Positions 61,451-64,000 of a stretch of DNA of 64,000 bases are shown here, piece by piece. Source of the DNA: Bacteroidota bacterium (GTDB lineage Bacteria > Bacteroidota > Ignavibacteria > UBA10030 > UBA8401). The notes under the pieces were generated by a model. It saw only the letters and a program-made list of their open reading frames with translations, made no database searches and had not been told where the DNA came from. The position numbers and the translations under genes were made by a program. The DNA lies in contig SXSI01000049.1 in assembly GCA_005792285.1 (NCBI GenBank), forward strand, positions 19,589-83,588, given 5' to 3'. How positions within the stretch are numbered: position 1 is the stretch's first letter; every line of letters begins with the position of its first letter.

Positions 61451-62203
61451 TTATTCTTTCGATTTAATTACGTTCCAAATATTATCCATTTCTTCAAGTG
61501 AAACTGATCCCAATATTTTATCAGAAGATTTAATTATATCCTCTAACTTTGAAAATCTTTTGTTAAATTTTTTACACGCATTTTGAAGTGAAATTTCGGG
61601 ATCTATTTTTAAAAAACGAGAATAGTTCACAATAGAAAAAAGAAAATCTCCAAATTCTTCTTCAAGATTTTCAGGGGAAGTAGCATTTTCAATTTCGGTT
61701 AATTCCTCGTAAACTTTTTTAAGAACATCAGCTCGATTATTCCAATCAAATCCAATAGTTGCAACTTTTTTTTGAATTCGAAAAGCTCTAACAAGAGCTG
61801 GAACTGAAGATGAATTTAAATCATCGAGTAAATTTCCAACTTTATTTTTACGTTTAATTTCATGCCAATTTGAAATTTGATTTTGAAGATTTGGCGGAGT
61901 ACTGCCGGAACTAATTTCAGGATGACGCTCATTTAATTTTGTAAATATATTTTGAATTACATCATCAATTGTAAAATCTCCAGATTCAGAAGCTATTGAA
62001 GTTTGTAACAGAATGTGAAAAAGAATATCCCCCAATTCATCGCAACGATCTTTTTCATTTTCAACAGAAGTTGCTTCATAAACTTCTTCGATAAAGAGTG
62101 GACGAAGCGATTCAAAAGTTTGTTTGGAATCCCACGGACATTCCTTTCTTAATTTTTTTACGAATAAATTAAGTTCCTGAAACGCTAAATTTTGAGATTC
62201 CAT
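61451..62203 (-). CDS. mazG: Nucleoside triphosphate pyrophosphohydrolase MazG
   Basis: LRKECPWD..QT, EEVYE, ELGD, GFDW, EEFGD.LF, KF..RF. Confidence 0.93.
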   Translation of the reverse strand: MESQNLAFQELNLFVKKLRKECPWDSKQTFESLRPLFIEEVYEATSVENEKDRCDELGDILFHILLQTSIASESGDFTIDDVIQNIFTKLNERHPEISSGSTPPNLQNQISNWHEIKRKNKVGNLLDDLNSSSVPALVRAFRIQKKVATIGFDWNNRADVLKKVYEELTEIENATSPENLEEEFGDFLFSIVNYSRFLKIDPEISLQNACKKFNKRFSKLEDIIKSSDKILGSVSLEEMDNIWNVIKSKE

Positions 62204-62275
62204 TTATTCTCCAAATAAATTATTTGATTATTAATTAATATTAGCAAAGTTAAACAATTCTTTCAAAATTGCAGA

Positions 62276-63169
62276 ATGAATTCAACAGAAACAAAAACTT
62301 GGACGATACTTTCTTTACTTGAAACTTCAACAAATTATCTTCTGCAAAAAAATTTTGATGATGCACGATTGAGTGTAGAAATTCTACTTTCAGATTCCTT
62401 AAAACTTCCCAGAATTCAACTTTATTCACAATTTGATAAAGTTATAACACAAAGTGAATTGCTAACTTTTAAGAAAAAGTTCACTTCTTTAGTTGCAAAC
62501 GAACCACTTCAATATATTGTCGGTCAAACTTCTTTTTATGGATTGCAAATTCTTTGCGATAAGAGGGCATTAATTCCGCGTCCGGAAACAGAACCAATTG
62601 TTGAAAAATGTATCGAATATATTAAACTTCATTTCCCGATTAACAAGCAACTTTCTGTATTAGAAGTTGGAACCGGAACAGGTTGTATCTCAATTGCGCT
62701 TGCAAAGAGTTTAAGTAATTTAAAAATTGTGGCAATTGACATTGATGAGCATTCTTTAAATTTAGCAAATGAAAACATAAAGTTGCATTCACTTACAGAT
62801 AGAATTGAATTAAAAAAAGTTGACATAAATAATTTTATTTCAAATTTAGAACTTCAGGATATCGATATAATTATTTCCAATCCACCATATATTTCAAAAG
62901 AGGAATATCAAAATTTACCAATTCATATTCACGATCATGAACCGAGACATGCTTTAACTGATGAAAATGATGGATTGCAATTTTATCATAAACTAAATGA
63001 AATAAGTCAAACAATTTTAAAACAAAATGGATTATTAATTATTGAACATGGAAGTGAGCAATCCGAAAAAGTAAAAGAAATATTTTCAAATGAAGTATGG
63101 AATTATGAAAGCTCAATAATTGATATGAGCAAACATGTGAGAGGCGCAATTTATAAATTTCAAAATTAA
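62276..63169 (+). CDS. prmC: Release factor glutamine methyltransferase
   Basis: EPLQYIVG, LIPRPETE, GTGTGCI, SNPPYI, HEP..AL. Confidence 0.95.
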   Translation: MNSTETKTWTILSLLETSTNYLLQKNFDDARLSVEILLSDSLKLPRIQLYSQFDKVITQSELLTFKKKFTSLVANEPLQYIVGQTSFYGLQILCDKRALIPRPETEPIVEKCIEYIKLHFPINKQLSVLEVGTGTGCISIALAKSLSNLKIVAIDIDEHSLNLANENIKLHSLTDRIELKKVDINNFISNLELQDIDIIISNPPYISKEEYQNLPIHIHDHEPRHALTDENDGLQFYHKLNEISQTILKQNGLLIIEHGSEQSEKVKEIFSNEVWNYESSIIDMSKHVRGAIYKFQN

Positions 63170-63627
63170 TGAAAGCACTAATTCAAAAAGTTTCTTCATC
63201 TTCTGTGAGTGTGAATGAAAAAATTATTTCTTCAATAGGAAAAGGATTGCTAATATTTTTAGGAGTAGGCAAGTTCGACACAATTAACGATGCAAGAAAA
63301 CTTGCAAAAAAATGTTGTCAGCTTAGAATATTTGAAGATGAAAATAATAAAATGAATCGTTCGTTGATTGATGTTTCGGGGGAAATAATGATCATTTCGC
63401 AGTTTACTTTATATGCAGATACACTAAAAGGATTAAGACCGAGTTTTGAATTAGCAGCTCCTCCTGAAATTGCTGAACCGTTGTACCAAAAATTTATTGC
63501 TGAGTGCAAATTAATAATTGAATCTGAAAAAGTTAAAACAGGAATATTTCGGGAAATGATGAAAGTATCTTTAGTTAACGATGGTCCAGTTACAATATTA
63601 GTTGAATCTGAAACTATGAAAATATAA
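63169..63627 (+). CDS. dtd: D-aminoacyl-tRNA deacylase
   Basis: LRIFEDE..KMN, SQFTL, RPSF, NDGPVT. Confidence 0.95.
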   Translation: MKALIQKVSSSSVSVNEKIISSIGKGLLIFLGVGKFDTINDARKLAKKCCQLRIFEDENNKMNRSLIDVSGEIMIISQFTLYADTLKGLRPSFELAAPPEIAEPLYQKFIAECKLIIESEKVKTGIFREMMKVSLVNDGPVTILVESETMKI

Positions 63628-63628
63628 T

Positions 63629-64000
63629 ATGGAAGATTGGGCTAAAATAAATTATTTAAGAGATAAGCCCGCTTTTATTATCGCAATTATTATTTGTATT
63701 GGTGTAACTATTGCAAATATATTTCCACAAATAATATTTTGGATAGGTGCCACACTAATTCTACTGTTTCTACTTTTAATAAATATTATCTTTACAAAAA
63801 ATAAATTATTTACAAGTTTACTTTTATTATTTCTATTAATGAGTGGAGCAGGAACAAGGCATTCACTTGAAAAAAGTTTCTTCCCAGAAAACCATATTTC
63901 TAATTATTTACAACTGAACAGGGAAGTAAAAATAATCGGGGAAATTATTAATGACCCGATAGAAAAAAAATATAATTATTCATATTTAGTTAATATTAAA
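63629..64000 (+). CDS. ComEC/Rec2-like membrane protein N-terminus (3'-partial)
   Basis: Not in the ORF track; open from ATG 63629 to the window end: MEDWAKINYLRDKPAFIIAIIICIGV, TMs, PENHIS, VKIIGEIINDP (DUF4131-like pattern). Confidence 0.55.
   Translation, partial: MEDWAKINYLRDKPAFIIAIIICIGVTIANIFPQIIFWIGATLILLFLLLINIIFTKNKLFTSLLLLFLLMSGAGTRHSLEKSFFPENHISNYLQLNREVKIIGEIINDPIEKKYNYSYLVNIK

Noticed and set aside
60678..62203. radC (JAB) and mazG as a possible anti-phage defence module
   Set aside because: Both are standard chromosomal forms (RadC with HhH, tandem-domain MazG), convergent, among housekeeping genes, with no defence partners.
2012..63509. Many 60-130 aa alternative-frame and antisense ORFs in the track (e.g. 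11777-12154, 15447-15833, 46093-46473, 55093-55410)
   Set aside because: They lie within confident genes, show no recognisable motifs, and look like shadow ORFs.
1..64000. CRISPR arrays, tRNA/rRNA/tmRNA genes, IS elements, prophage
   Set aside because: No spaced direct repeats, cloverleaf structures, transposase, integrase or phage ORFs were seen; intergenic gaps are too short or otherwise explained. This was a manual inspection only.

Overview
AT-rich (by eye about 30% GC or less; not computed), gene-dense bacterial chromosome segment. Gene content and order suggest the FCB group, most likely an Ignavibacteria/Chlorobi-related lineage (inference). 1-21.7 kb is a type IX secretion (T9SS)/envelope cluster: porU (5' end outside the window), porV, a CTD-bearing M6-protease-like protein that has lost its HExxH motif, a gluzincin + PD40 + Omp85-like protein, lptFG divergent from sprA, and porX. 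21.7-28.4 kb is housekeeping (tsaE, tsaB, accD, an arginase pseudogene, GlmU N-domain, LytR_C, rsfS, argS). 28.5-49 kb is a long co-directional surface-polysaccharide locus running into accA, trm112-like, nadC and a second flippase. 49.1-51.2 kb is a vitamin B12 uptake locus with two cobalamin riboswitches: an intact DUF6580-type membrane protein, then a degenerate riboswitch ahead of deleted, stop-ridden btuB- and btuG-like pseudogenes. 51.2-55.1 kb is a tightly coupled four-gene operon of two divergent FAD-oxidoreductase homologues, a catalytically dead phosphoglucomutase fold and an intact PAP2 phosphatase. The rest is housekeeping (pdaD, tyrS, smpB, guaA, TPR/LpoA-like, radC, mazG, prmC, dtd, start of comEC). 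No rRNA, tRNA, CRISPR array or mobile element was seen. The best candidates for undescribed biology are the pseudo-enzyme operon, the T9SS-linked pseudo-protease/Omp85-protease pair, and a structured leader with a uORF ahead of the polysaccharide operon. All family assignments come from motif recognition, not database searches.
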